Part shown: positions 7,651 to 16,788 of the stretch, in pieces | How positions within the stretch are numbered: position 1 is the stretch's first letter | Layout: every line of letters begins with the position of its first letter | DNA from: a virus | Lineage: Duplodnaviria; Caudoviricetes | IMG/VR virus record: IMGVR_UViG_3300028809_000020 | Location: 1-48,723 of that record | DNA length: 48,723 nt | Strand: one strand, 5' to 3' | The notes under the pieces: generated by a model | Seen by the model: the letters and a program-made list of their open reading frames with translations, nothing else | Told to the model about the DNA's origin: nothing | Database searches by the model: none | Position numbers and translations under genes: made by a program

Positions 7651-10151
7651 ACGGCATCCCCCACAGGAGCGGCGGTTCCGGTCACTTCCGTGATGAGGAG
7701 CTGGGCAAGGTAGGTGGTCCTGCGGTCACGGACCCGGCCGCTCGGGATGAGGATGTTGGCGAACCAGCGATTGCCCAGCTCATCCCGGACGCAGACGTAC
7801 GGCAGGTCGGCCCAGCCCAGGTCGCGCAGGCTCCGGAAGTTGCCCAGGCTGGGCACGGGGATCGCCGCGTCGTGCACCAGGATGGTGCGCGTGAACTGCT
7901 CTCCACCGCGCTCAGATGGCCGCATGGCGGTGAGGTAGTCGCGCCGGTAGGCCGGGCGGAACTGCTGCCAGCCTGCCTCGATGAAGGTGAACTCCTCCTG
8001 TGGGTCGCCCTCGAACTGCATCACGTAGGCCAGGTTGCCTGTCGGCCCGTGGTTCGTGGTGAGGATCAGGACGCTGTTGCCCGTGGAGTCTCCGCCGACC
8101 GTGACGCCCGGAGCGGTGAGCGTGGCCGCTCCCGTGACCCATGTGCCCTGGAAGTCCAGGCTGTTGAGCAGTCGGATGCGGTACTGGGACTCCAGTCCTA
8201 CACGGGCTTCATAATCGTCGAACGAGTCCGCGCCCATGGAGCTGGACAGGTAGATCTGCTGCCAGTCGTCGGTGGCGGAGTCGTTGCGCTGGATCTCCGC
8301 CGTGTAGCCGGTGACGGATGGAGCAGTCCAGCTCAGCCGGTGGAAGGACAGCGCAGACGGGATGCACACTTCGTTGTCACAGGCGTTGCCGATCGTGGCA
8401 AGCTCCTGTGTCTGCTCTGCGATCCCGAACCCGGTCACCATGGGCGGTGCCTGGGAGAAGACGACGATCGCGGTGCCTTCCTCCGTGTTGTTGTCCACGG
8501 TGTTGGAGGCGTTGTTGGGGAACTGCCCGGACAGCGAGGCAGACAGGTTGCCGTCATAGATGGCGTCGATGAAAGAGGACAGGCTCAGCGTGGCCGCACC
8601 CGTCGTCGGGTTGGCAGGGTTGCGCACCAGCACCGTCATGATCTGGTACTGGTCGGTGACCCTGGCAGCGGATCCGTTGACCATCGTAAAGGTGACGTTG
8701 CGGAAGCTAGCGTCGCTGGAGAACACGGCCGCGATGGGGAGCGTGACCTCCTTCCAGCCTTCCTGCGACAGGACGGGAAGCGCCGCGAACTCAGCCGCCG
8801 TGATGGTCGCGCTTCCGGATCCGGCCACAGACACCTGGAGGTCTCCGGGACCTTCCTCGTTGAACCTGCGCGCGTAGAAGCGGACGTACTCGTAACTGGT
8901 GTCGCTCGCGGAAGCCATGTTGTGGATCTGCTGGATAGCCGTGATGGAGCTGTAGACCGGCATTCCCCAGATCATGGTGTACGTGACCGGAGCGTTGCCG
9001 GACTGGAGTTCGGTTCCGGCACCGGTTGCACCACCGGAGGTTCGCAGACCTGCTGGCACCATGAAGTCGGTGGGCTCGACCTCCGGAGGGACCGGAGGGA
9101 GGTTGCCGGACATCCGCTTGAACTTGTCCACCTGGTAGGTGGGGTGGGTGATCACCTTGTTGAGCTGGTCCGTGTACGGAAGTCGGATCTTGTAACCCGC
9201 GTTGTACTTGTCCCCAGCGTCGGCGAGGCTGGCGGTGACGGTGTAGTCCCCGGCACTGAGTGATCCGGTGACCTGGAAGGACGTGGTCCGCAAGGTGACT
9301 GCGGAGATTCCGTCCGGGGTGTCGTACGCCCACAGGTTGTCCGGGTCGTCACCGATGGCCGTACCGCCGTACAGGACACGGGTCTCGTCGCAGAAGTAGA
9401 TGCGCAGCGCGAGGTAGCCCAGGTAGGCAGTGCCGTTCGGGGGGAGCGAGTCCACGCGGACGCCGAACCAGAGCGGCTGAGCGCCCAGGCCACCGAGGAA
9501 CCTGCTGGAAAGCTCCTGGTAGCGCCAGGGGTACCGCGAGGTTTCCGTGTTCGGGTCTGCGGTGTTGTTCCAGAACGGGTTGACCTCGCCGATGGAGAAG
9601 GAGTTGATGCCCGTGATCATGTCGGTGGTCGGCGGACCCGTGATCAGTGGTCCGTAGCCGTAGACACGGGCGTTGTTCTCGATCGTGAACTCCAGGGCGA
9701 AGCCGGGTGTCCCCGCCGCCTGGTACAGAACGTCGATCCCCAGGATGCGTTTGCCGTTCAGAACAGACGGGGTGGCGATCCCCGCCCGCAGCCGGTCAGC
9801 GGCGGCGTCGAAGATTACAAAGTTGTAATCCCCTGGATAGGTCAGGTCTGCGGTGGCCCCTGAGGCTCCGGTTACGGTGACGCTGCCGACCGGGATGTCC
9901 ACCCAGCGGAGATCGCCGATGTCGTCCTCCTGCCCACGCGGGTAGACGTTGTAGAAGAGAACCTGCCCGGCGATCGGTCCCAGCGGCGGCTCATAGACTG
10001 CCACGGCAGTACGCAGACCATCGTTGGGTGCTCCGGTGACCGTGAATCCGTAGCCGATCTCGTGCTGGATGTCCAGAGAGTGCCACCCGTCCGCGATCGG
10101 ACCCCACTCCATACCCAGGTACGTAGGCTTGTTCGGGTTGTAGGTGCCCAT
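7647..10151 (-). CDS. Large minor tail protein (distal-tail-like with beta-rich insertions)
   Basis: Immediately after the tape measure; FN3-like C-terminal part (FDDYEA...QYRIR) and VCVRDELGNRWF. Confidence 0.7.
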   Translation of the reverse strand: MGTYNPNKPTYLGMEWGPIADGWHSLDIQHEIGYGFTVTGAPNDGLRTAVAVYEPPLGPIAGQVLFYNVYPRGQEDDIGDLRWVDIPVGSVTVTGASGATADLTYPGDYNFVIFDAAADRLRAGIATPSVLNGKRILGIDVLYQAAGTPGFALEFTIENNARVYGYGPLITGPPTTDMITGINSFSIGEVNPFWNNTADPNTETSRYPWRYQELSSRFLGGLGAQPLWFGVRVDSLPPNGTAYLGYLALRIYFCDETRVLYGGTAIGDDPDNLWAYDTPDGISAVTLRTTSFQVTGSLSAGDYTVTASLADAGDKYNAGYKIRLPYTDQLNKVITHPTYQVDKFKRMSGNLPPVPPEVEPTDFMVPAGLRTSGGATGAGTELQSGNAPVTYTMIWGMPVYSSITAIQQIHNMASASDTSYEYVRFYARRFNEEGPGDLQVSVAGSGSATITAAEFAALPVLSQEGWKEVTLPIAAVFSSDASFRNVTFTMVNGSAARVTDQYQIMTVLVRNPANPTTGAATLSLSSFIDAIYDGNLSASLSGQFPNNASNTVDNNTEEGTAIVVFSQAPPMVTGFGIAEQTQELATIGNACDNEVCIPSALSFHRLSWTAPSVTGYTAEIQRNDSATDDWQQIYLSSSMGADSFDDYEARVGLESQYRIRLLNSLDFQGTWVTGAATLTAPGVTVGGDSTGNSVLILTTNHGPTGNLAYVMQFEGDPQEEFTFIEAGWQQFRPAYRRDYLTAMRPSERGGEQFTRTILVHDAAIPVPSLGNFRSLRDLGWADLPYVCVRDELGNRWFANILIPSGRVRDRRTTYLAQLLITEVTGTAAPVGDAV

Positions 10152-12526
10152 TACATCGTCCTCACAGCTACGTTGATGTTGCGCCGGGACAGTGCGTCCG
10201 CCACTCCAGCGCCCACAGCCTGACCGGTACGGAAGGCCTCGGCCTGCGTCGGAACGACCCCCTGGAAGTTGACCACGACGGATCCAGGTCCGAAGGTCGG
10301 TCCGCCTCCACCGCCTCCAGCGTCGGCGATGGCACCAGCGATCTTGGACATGGCTGCGGAGTTGGTCAGCGGGAGCACCGCCTCCGGCTTGCCCTTCTCA
10401 CCGCCACGGAAGATGGAGTCCCTGGTGATGAGACCACCCTGCTCCAACTGCGGGATCTGCGGCAGGCGGGGGAAGTCCACCTCAAGGAATCCGGGAAGCA
10501 CGGAGTTCAGCTTCTCCTGGAGCACGTCCAGTGCGGTGTTGAACTTGGAGATCACGCTGCGGTTGATGAACCCGATGATGCTGTTCGCCACCTGCTTGCC
10601 GACGTCCGACAGGAACCCTCCAGCGGCACCCAGGCCTTCAAAGAACGCCTTGATCAAGTCTTTTCCGGCCTGAAGCATCTTCGGAGCCAACTTGGCGATG
10701 TTCTTCGGAAGGTCGGCGATCCACTGGATGATGTTGTCGATCGTATCGGAGACGTTGTTGAGCAGGTTGTCGAACTGATCAACGGCAAACTGGATGCTGT
10801 CCTTCACCGCCTGCTTGAAGACCTCGAAAGCGGCCTTCGGATCCTCGCGGATCAGCTTGATGAAGTCTTCGATCTTGGTGAAGATCAGGACGATGACCTC
10901 CTCAAAGAACGAGAAGGCACCGGAGACCGCGTACAGGGCGACCGCGAGTGGGGGCAGAGCGATCTGCCCGATGCTGGCGAAGATGTTGAACAGGGATTTC
11001 AAGATCGAGATAGTGGGTCCGATCAACGGAAGGAGTTCGTTGATCGCTTCCTTGGCATCACTGAACAGCTGCTTGAGGTCAACATTTTTGACGAAATCGG
11101 CAAGGGCCAGCAACCCGTCCTTGACCACTCCTCCGATGATCTTGCCAAAGTCCTCACTGTCTCCGGCCAGACTTCCGAAGGCCTCCAGCAGCGGCGTGAT
11201 GGCTGGAGTGATCTCCTCCAGGAAAGACGCCAACCCACCGAGCACGCCCTCCAGGGCGCTTCCGGCCTCGTCGCTGCCGAGGAAGGTGAGGATCTCCTTG
11301 AAGATCGCGTTGAACGCGTCGGCGACACGGAGGATTTCCGGCTCCGCCTCCTTGATGTTCTCCACGATGGGGTCGATCAGGGGCGCGGTTCCCGCGAAGA
11401 AGGCCTCCTGGATGGCAAGCTGGAGCGGCTTCAGCTCGTTCTTGGCAGCGATCAGCGCACGGACAAACGCCTGTGCGGACTCAGACAGGCTGTCGATGGC
11501 CCGCTTCTGTCCAGCCGCTCCTGCGGAGAAGCTCTGCTGGGCAGCGGCAAGGGCGTCCTGAGCGTCTCTGAGCGCCTCCAGGGCGCGTTGCACCCTCTCG
11601 GACCCCTCCACCCCGTTCTTGTCCGCCTTGGCCTTCTCAGTGGCCAGATCCTCCGTCTTGTCCTTAGCCTGGTCCAGCGTCGCATTCGCTTCCTCCAGCC
11701 GTAGCTGTGCTTCCGCGATGTTCCGGGTATCCCCCTGCTTGCGTGCCTGCTGGAGTGCGTACTCCGCATCCAGCACGTTCTGCGTGGCGCGCTTCTCGGC
11801 GGTGCGGGCGGCGATCAGCTCCCGGTTGATGTCCTGGATGCGCTCGCGCTCTTCCTCACGCGCCTTGATCAGTTCCTTCTGTGCCTGGAGCACACCACGC
11901 TGAGCGTCGGCGATACGCCGGGAGTTGTCCACGGCTGCCCCGGCCGCCCCGCTGGAAGCCTCGGACTCCTCCTGGAAGGCTTCCGACACTCCGGAGATGG
12001 CGGCAGCCAGGATCCCGAACCCGGCGACGGCTCCGGCGAGGATGCCTGGCAGCAGCCCGATACCGAACACGGCTATCGAGATGAAGTTCTGCACAACGGC
12101 AGCGGCAATCGCGGCAGCTCCGGCCAGAGCGACGAAGGCGGCGGCGATCACGGCCAAACCGACCGGTCCCGTGGAAGCCAACTGCCCGATGCCCGACACC
12201 AGCCCCAGGACGGTTCCGCTGAAGGTACGCGCGGCACCGGTAGCGGTCTCGAACGCGGCACCTACAGCATCCCCTGCCTCCTCACCGGCCTTGCCCAGGG
12301 CTGTGAAGCGGCCCTTCTCATCACGCAGCCGACCATTGGAGTCGCGGAACGCCTTGGAAGCGCCTTCACCAGCATCTTTGAAGGCCTTCTCGATGTTCTT
12401 CCCGACGTCTACAGCGGTCTTCTCAGTGTCGCGGAGATCCTTCTGGACATTGTCCTTCAGTTCCTTGCGGAAGTCCTTCGTCTGAGCGACGACCTCCACA
12501 TACGCGACATCGATGGGCTGCGTCAT
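10151..12526 (-). CDS. Tape measure protein
   Basis: Ala/Gly-rich helical protein; N-terminal AYVEV, coiled coil, C-terminal IPQLEQGG...GEKGKPEAVLPL; follows the tail assembly chaperones. Confidence 0.92.
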   Translation of the reverse strand: MTQPIDVAYVEVVAQTKDFRKELKDNVQKDLRDTEKTAVDVGKNIEKAFKDAGEGASKAFRDSNGRLRDEKGRFTALGKAGEEAGDAVGAAFETATGAARTFSGTVLGLVSGIGQLASTGPVGLAVIAAAFVALAGAAAIAAAVVQNFISIAVFGIGLLPGILAGAVAGFGILAAAISGVSEAFQEESEASSGAAGAAVDNSRRIADAQRGVLQAQKELIKAREEERERIQDINRELIAARTAEKRATQNVLDAEYALQQARKQGDTRNIAEAQLRLEEANATLDQAKDKTEDLATEKAKADKNGVEGSERVQRALEALRDAQDALAAAQQSFSAGAAGQKRAIDSLSESAQAFVRALIAAKNELKPLQLAIQEAFFAGTAPLIDPIVENIKEAEPEILRVADAFNAIFKEILTFLGSDEAGSALEGVLGGLASFLEEITPAITPLLEAFGSLAGDSEDFGKIIGGVVKDGLLALADFVKNVDLKQLFSDAKEAINELLPLIGPTISILKSLFNIFASIGQIALPPLAVALYAVSGAFSFFEEVIVLIFTKIEDFIKLIREDPKAAFEVFKQAVKDSIQFAVDQFDNLLNNVSDTIDNIIQWIADLPKNIAKLAPKMLQAGKDLIKAFFEGLGAAGGFLSDVGKQVANSIIGFINRSVISKFNTALDVLQEKLNSVLPGFLEVDFPRLPQIPQLEQGGLITRDSIFRGGEKGKPEAVLPLTNSAAMSKIAGAIADAGGGGGGPTFGPGSVVVNFQGVVPTQAEAFRTGQAVGAGVADALSRRNINVAVRTM

Positions 12527-12860
12527 GACTTCCTCCGCATTTGATCAGCGATCATCGTAGCCTTGGACAGCGTGACTTCGCCCTCCCACCAGGCGGGGAC
12601 GGCGATCTTGCTTGCTGCCTCGGTCATCATCTTCGGCTTCTCCACCGACTGGAGGGGACCTGCTACGGCTTCTGTCAGTTGCTTCTGCTGCGGAGCGTCG
12701 TGTGTGTGTTCAAGCTTGAAGTAGAACACCAGGTCCAGGAACTGGTCCGCGTTCAACTCCAGTGGGTCCAGGCCCTTGCTCAGGCTCCAGCCTCGGAAGT
12801 GGTGCCAGATCCGTCGATCGGAGACCCACTCGAAGAGTCCGACGACGGCTGTGTAGGGCG
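12523..12860 (-). CDS. Tail assembly chaperone, -1 frameshift extension (gpGT-like)
   Basis: The -1 frame from CGC CCT AC is open (YTAVVGLFEWVSDRRIWHHFRGWSLSKGLDPLEL...) to a stop overlapping the tape measure start. Confidence 0.7.
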
Positions 12861-13172
12861 CATCCCGTACACCTCCAGCAGCCAGTTCATGATTTCCACT
12901 GCCTGCTCTTTGTCGATCGGGTCCAGCTTGTCGTGGTACATCTTGTCGATGAGCCGCTTCGCCGACTCCGGAACGCAGACCAGGTTGAAGAACTCCTCGA
13001 AGCTCGCCATCACGTTGGCGTGACTGAAGTTCCCCCCGATCAGGGCCAACTCCTGGATGGCAGGAAGAGACAGCGCCGGGAAGCAGTCATACCTGCCCTC
13101 TGGGCCGTCAGCCAGGGTGAAGTAAATCTCCACCCTCTTCTTGGTGAAGTCCTTGAACTGAACCGAACTCAC
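12780..13172 (-). CDS. Tail assembly chaperone (gpG-like)
   Basis: Ends in ...LEVYGMRPTQPSSDSSSG; upstream of the tape measure. Confidence 0.8.
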   Translation of the reverse strand: MSSVQFKDFTKKRVEIYFTLADGPEGRYDCFPALSLPAIQELALIGGNFSHANVMASFEEFFNLVCVPESAKRLIDKMYHDKLDPIDKEQAVEIMNWLLEVYGMRPTQPSSDSSSGSPIDGSGTTSEAGA

Positions 13173-13231
13173 GGGAACTCCTCTTGTTGGCCCGTATAGA
13201 CGCTATAAGCCTATACGGGCCAGCAGGGGTC

Positions 13232-13675
13232 TCACGCCGGGCCGGGTCCGGCCGCCTTCAGCGCGTCCTTGAGGAACGGGTTGGGCCGCATACCCTTCAC
13301 CGACTTGACCACCATGAGCTTGTTGCCCATCTTCTTCCAGCGGAAGACCAGGTGTGACGCTGTACGCGGACGTATGGGCAGGCCACGTGGCCCGTAGATG
13401 CCGGTGCCGTCATGCACCCAGCGGGAGTAGTAGACGTTGGTTCCCACCCGCATGGTGAGTCCCCAGGTGCTGGTCCCAAGTTGAGTGGAGATGCTGGCAC
13501 GCAGCAGGCCGGTATCAACCCTCTTCGGACCGGAGCCGGTGTTGCCGCTCAGGTTGCGCCGAGCCTTCGTCTGCACCTTGATGCCGCGTTTGAGCAGGTC
13601 GCGCGCCACAGGTCCGACAGGGCTGTTGATGATGTAACTGATCTGCGCTTCGTTCCAGACATGGAATACAGCCAT
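13232..13675 (-). CDS. HK97 gp10-like neck/tail completion protein
   Basis: VDTGLLRASI, VGTNVYYSRWVHDGT and PNPFLKDAL motifs. Confidence 0.82.
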   Translation of the reverse strand: MAVFHVWNEAQISYIINSPVGPVARDLLKRGIKVQTKARRNLSGNTGSGPKRVDTGLLRASISTQLGTSTWGLTMRVGTNVYYSRWVHDGTGIYGPRGLPIRPRTASHLVFRWKKMGNKLMVVKSVKGMRPNPFLKDALKAAGPGPA

Positions 13676-13676
13676 G

Positions 13677-14210
13677 TCACACCAACTGGAACGAGTAGGT
13701 GATCAGAACCCCTCCGCAGTTCCCCTCAGGTCCGACGAAGTCTGATCCGCCGACACGGTAGTCCGTGATGACCTGCGGCCGTTCGGTCTTATAGCTCTGT
13801 AAGGTGCAGGTGATGGCACGCCGCATGGCATACTCATCCCCGTTCTGCACCCTGGAGTCGGACAGCAGGTCCACATCGCGGGGGAACTGCACGGTACCGT
13901 TCACGGTGCGCAGACCATGAACACAGCGAAGGATCACGCAGGTCACGTTCCACATGAAGGACCGGTCTGCGCATCCGCCCTTGTTGGGGAGATTGGACGA
14001 GTCCACCGGGTAGACCTCAGTCGGGTTCTTCCGGGTGATCGTCTGCGCGAACATGCCGTCACAGGTGCAGATGTCCCAGGCGATGGCTCCAGGGTTGGAG
14101 TAGATGATCCTGCCGGGGGTGGGTCCGGCCTCGGGAGTGGCAGCGAACTCGGAGACGATGGCGGCTCCGACTCCGGTCACCACGATGTAGCCGCTCAGCG
14201 GGATGATCAT
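13677..14210 (-). CDS. Putative tail terminator/head-tail connector
   Basis: Position between adaptor and gp10-like gene; WD-C-C and GPEGNCGG motifs. Confidence 0.6.
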   Translation of the reverse strand: MIIPLSGYIVVTGVGAAIVSEFAATPEAGPTPGRIIYSNPGAIAWDICTCDGMFAQTITRKNPTEVYPVDSSNLPNKGGCADRSFMWNVTCVILRCVHGLRTVNGTVQFPRDVDLLSDSRVQNGDEYAMRRAITCTLQSYKTERPQVITDYRVGGSDFVGPEGNCGGVLITYSFQLV

Positions 14211-15019
14211 GCGGTCCCCACGATCCGGAAGTCAGGTCCGTCCAGGTCGTATGCCTGGGACCGGGCCATGAGCCCCTTCGGGTTGTACGTGCTCAAGAAC
14301 AGGTACGTGATCGGATAGCGCTGGAACATCGTGACCAGGTCTGTCGTCTGCTGGGAGAGCGACATCGAGAGCCCCTGCCGGGAGATGTCGGTGACTCCTG
14401 CGGGAAGCTCGCAGTCCCCGCCCGTCAGGAAGCCGAGGAAGTTGCAGGCCAGTTCGCCCACAGCCAACTGCCCCAGCATGGGGACCGGCTCACCGAACTG
14501 CGCCTCAACCGCCCAGGTGCCGACTCCAGTCACGGCCGTCTGCTGGAGGTCGTTGCACCAGGGCCAAAGCTCCCCGCCCAGCCGGACAAGCTTGCGATAG
14601 TCGTCCACCCGGTAGTCCACGCCGTTGACCAGCTCCACGCCGTCAACCCAGACGTGATTCACGGCGTAGACGGGACCGGGCAGGAAGGTCTCAGAGATCG
14701 CGGTACAGGAGCAACTGGTGCCGCACTGTCCACAACCCATGTTGTACCAGGTGCCGTTGTACCAGTAGGGCTGCGGATAGGTCCCCCACTGCCACCAGTT
14801 CGCCCAGCCGGGCCAGCCGGTGCCGTAGCACTCCTCCCGGCACGGACGCAGGGTCATCGTGCATAGGCCGAAGCGCTGGGCTGAGAGCTGGAAGAGCATC
14901 TCCGACGCAGCCTGGACCGCGATGCCGGTGATCTCCGGGCTTGCTGCTGAAAGATCACAGTTGGCGGGCCAAACCACCGGCCACGCCTCACACGGACCTT
15001 CGCTGTAGGGCTGCGTCAT
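14207..15019 (-). CDS. Head-to-tail adaptor
   Basis: ASEMLFQLS, Cys-rich insert, LAVGELAC, ISRQGLSM; SD GGAGGAG. Confidence 0.75.
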   Translation of the reverse strand: MTQPYSEGPCEAWPVVWPANCDLSAASPEITGIAVQAASEMLFQLSAQRFGLCTMTLRPCREECYGTGWPGWANWWQWGTYPQPYWYNGTWYNMGCGQCGTSCSCTAISETFLPGPVYAVNHVWVDGVELVNGVDYRVDDYRKLVRLGGELWPWCNDLQQTAVTGVGTWAVEAQFGEPVPMLGQLAVGELACNFLGFLTGGDCELPAGVTDISRQGLSMSLSQQTTDLVTMFQRYPITYLFLSTYNPKGLMARSQAYDLDGPDFRIVGTA

Positions 15020-15046
15020 TTCATCTCCTCCGTCTACAGACAGTGT

Positions 15047-15082
15047 AAAGGCCAGCCAGTCAGGTGACCGGCTGGCCTTTTT
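15047..15082. terminator. Terminator after the major tail gene
   Basis: AAAGGCCAGCC...GGCTGGCCTTTTT. Confidence 0.75.
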
Positions 15083-15095
15083 CACGTGCACCTGC

Positions 15096-15782
15096 TCAGG
15101 TGAGCAGGAACGCTCCAGGCACCGTGGGTGGCGTCGGAGGTTCGGTGGTGGTGATGTTGTGGAGGAAGTCGTCCTGGTAGTTGGTGGTGTCGATCGCACT
15201 CTCGATCCAGTACGGACCACTTCCAGGTCCCTGTCCCCAGAGCGAGGACGGGAAGTTGGTCATCGCCGTGCCCTGAAGCTCCAGTGGACCGTTCTCGATC
15301 GAGAAGCTACCAAGCTGGAAGTTCCAGACGTGCGGCCACGCCCAGTACAGGTAGCGCTGCGCGCCCGTGATCGGGTCACACGCGGCGAACCCGCTCAGCG
15401 GCTGCCAGGTCTCCAGGCTGAAGTGCGCCTCGGCGTTGTTGTAGCCGTAGGCGACACCAGTACCGGTGACCGGGGAGCCGGTGGTCAGCAGACGTCCACC
15501 GCTCATCAGCACCATCGCGTCGGCGTCCACCACACAGAGGCGGATGCCCAGGTTGCTGTTCGCGTAGGCGTTCGGACCAACCTTGTTGATGCAGAGTCGG
15601 CCGTTCGCCTTCTTGGTACGGAAGACGTCTCCAGCCTCGTACTGCGGCTCAGGGTCGATGCCGATGTATCCGTCAGTGACGACTACCGCACTGGAAGCAC
15701 CAGTGACCGGAGCGCCACAGGAGTTGAGCTTGACCAGCCGCAGGACCGTACCCTGTACGGCACTGCCAACCTGCTCAGCCAT
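15096..15782 (-). CDS. Major tail protein
   Basis: RLVKLNSCGAP and KANGRLC motifs like cluster-B-type tail tube proteins; followed by a terminator. Confidence 0.8.
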   Translation of the reverse strand: MAEQVGSAVQGTVLRLVKLNSCGAPVTGASSAVVVTDGYIGIDPEPQYEAGDVFRTKKANGRLCINKVGPNAYANSNLGIRLCVVDADAMVLMSGGRLLTTGSPVTGTGVAYGYNNAEAHFSLETWQPLSGFAACDPITGAQRYLYWAWPHVWNFQLGSFSIENGPLELQGTAMTNFPSSLWGQGPGSGPYWIESAIDTTNYQDDFLHNITTTEPPTPPTVPGAFLLT

Positions 15783-15797
15783 TTTGTCGTTCCCTCC

Positions 15798-16715
15798 TTA
15801 CGCTGTTGGGTCCGTGGTGTCTGCCAGCACTGCGAAGTGGCAGCAGTCCCATCCGACGATGAAACGCTCTTCCACGATCAGGACCGTGGAGTTGGTAGGC
15901 CGGTAGAGAGCCTCGGCGGCGTCGCGAGCGGTCCAGCGCAGCGCACCGCGCCACACCTTGACCGCACCCGTCGCGTACATCCAGGCCTCACCGGCAGCGG
16001 CCTCGGTACCGTCCGGTCCGGTGTTGTCTCCCGCGTACGCCACGACGATCGAACCGGCCTTGGTACGCAGGCGTCCCCGGCTGTCCAGGTCGTCGTCCAG
16101 CAGGTGTGCGGCAGCCATGACGGAGACCAGACCACGGGGGACGTGGATCCACGGCGTTCCGCCGTAGCAGTCCGCCATGTTCTGCTCCAGCAGGGCCAGC
16201 GCCTCGGCGACACCGACTTTCGTTCCCGGAGTCGGGGTGACGTCGGTTGCGGCCGTCTGGAGGACGACCTCCGTACCCAGCCCACTGGCGTCGGACGTGA
16301 CCACGACTTCCGTGTCGGCGGACAGACGCTGGGAGGTGGCGAAATCACCACCGGTCCAGAAAATCTCCTCCACCTGGCGGGCGGCGTTGTTCTGGTGCGC
16401 GGCCAGGGTGTCCGCCCGGAGCTTCTCCGGAGGCTCCCCACCCGCGTAGGTGCAGGGCAGCCAGCTATAGACCACGAACGGGTCTGACGCGCGCCACAGG
16501 ACGCTGGTCGTCGGATCCTTCTCCGGTCCGGAACCGCTGGTGCAGACGGTGCTGTACTCCAGCGGCGTGGTGCAGGCGTCGACCTGGTACATCACGCCGA
16601 GCTTCTGGTGTCCAGTGAAGGACACCACGGAAGCGGAGTCGAGCAGGCCGTAAGGCATCGGCTCGAACTCGGGTCCAGTCGCGAAGTCGCGCTGGTTGCT
16701 AGTCGGGTACGTCAT
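15798..16715 (-). CDS. Putative major capsid pentamer protein
   Basis: Follows the hexamer-type capsid gene; PYGL, PFVVY, ALALLEQ, WIHVP, WMYATGAV and EERFIVGWDC motifs. Confidence 0.65.
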   Translation of the reverse strand: MTYPTSNQRDFATGPEFEPMPYGLLDSASVVSFTGHQKLGVMYQVDACTTPLEYSTVCTSGSGPEKDPTTSVLWRASDPFVVYSWLPCTYAGGEPPEKLRADTLAAHQNNAARQVEEIFWTGGDFATSQRLSADTEVVVTSDASGLGTEVVLQTAATDVTPTPGTKVGVAEALALLEQNMADCYGGTPWIHVPRGLVSVMAAAHLLDDDLDSRGRLRTKAGSIVVAYAGDNTGPDGTEAAAGEAWMYATGAVKVWRGALRWTARDAAEALYRPTNSTVLIVEERFIVGWDCCHFAVLADTTDPTA

Positions 16716-16740
16716 CTGGTCACCTCCTCAGTGATTATGA

Positions 16741-16778
16741 TTTTGTAAAACCCGCCCCCACCAGGGCAGGGGCGGGTT
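16741..16778 (-). terminator. Terminator between the two capsid genes
   Basis: On the - strand: AACCCGCCCC...GGGGCGGGTT TTAC. Confidence 0.7.
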
Positions 16779-16788
16779 CTACGCTAGA

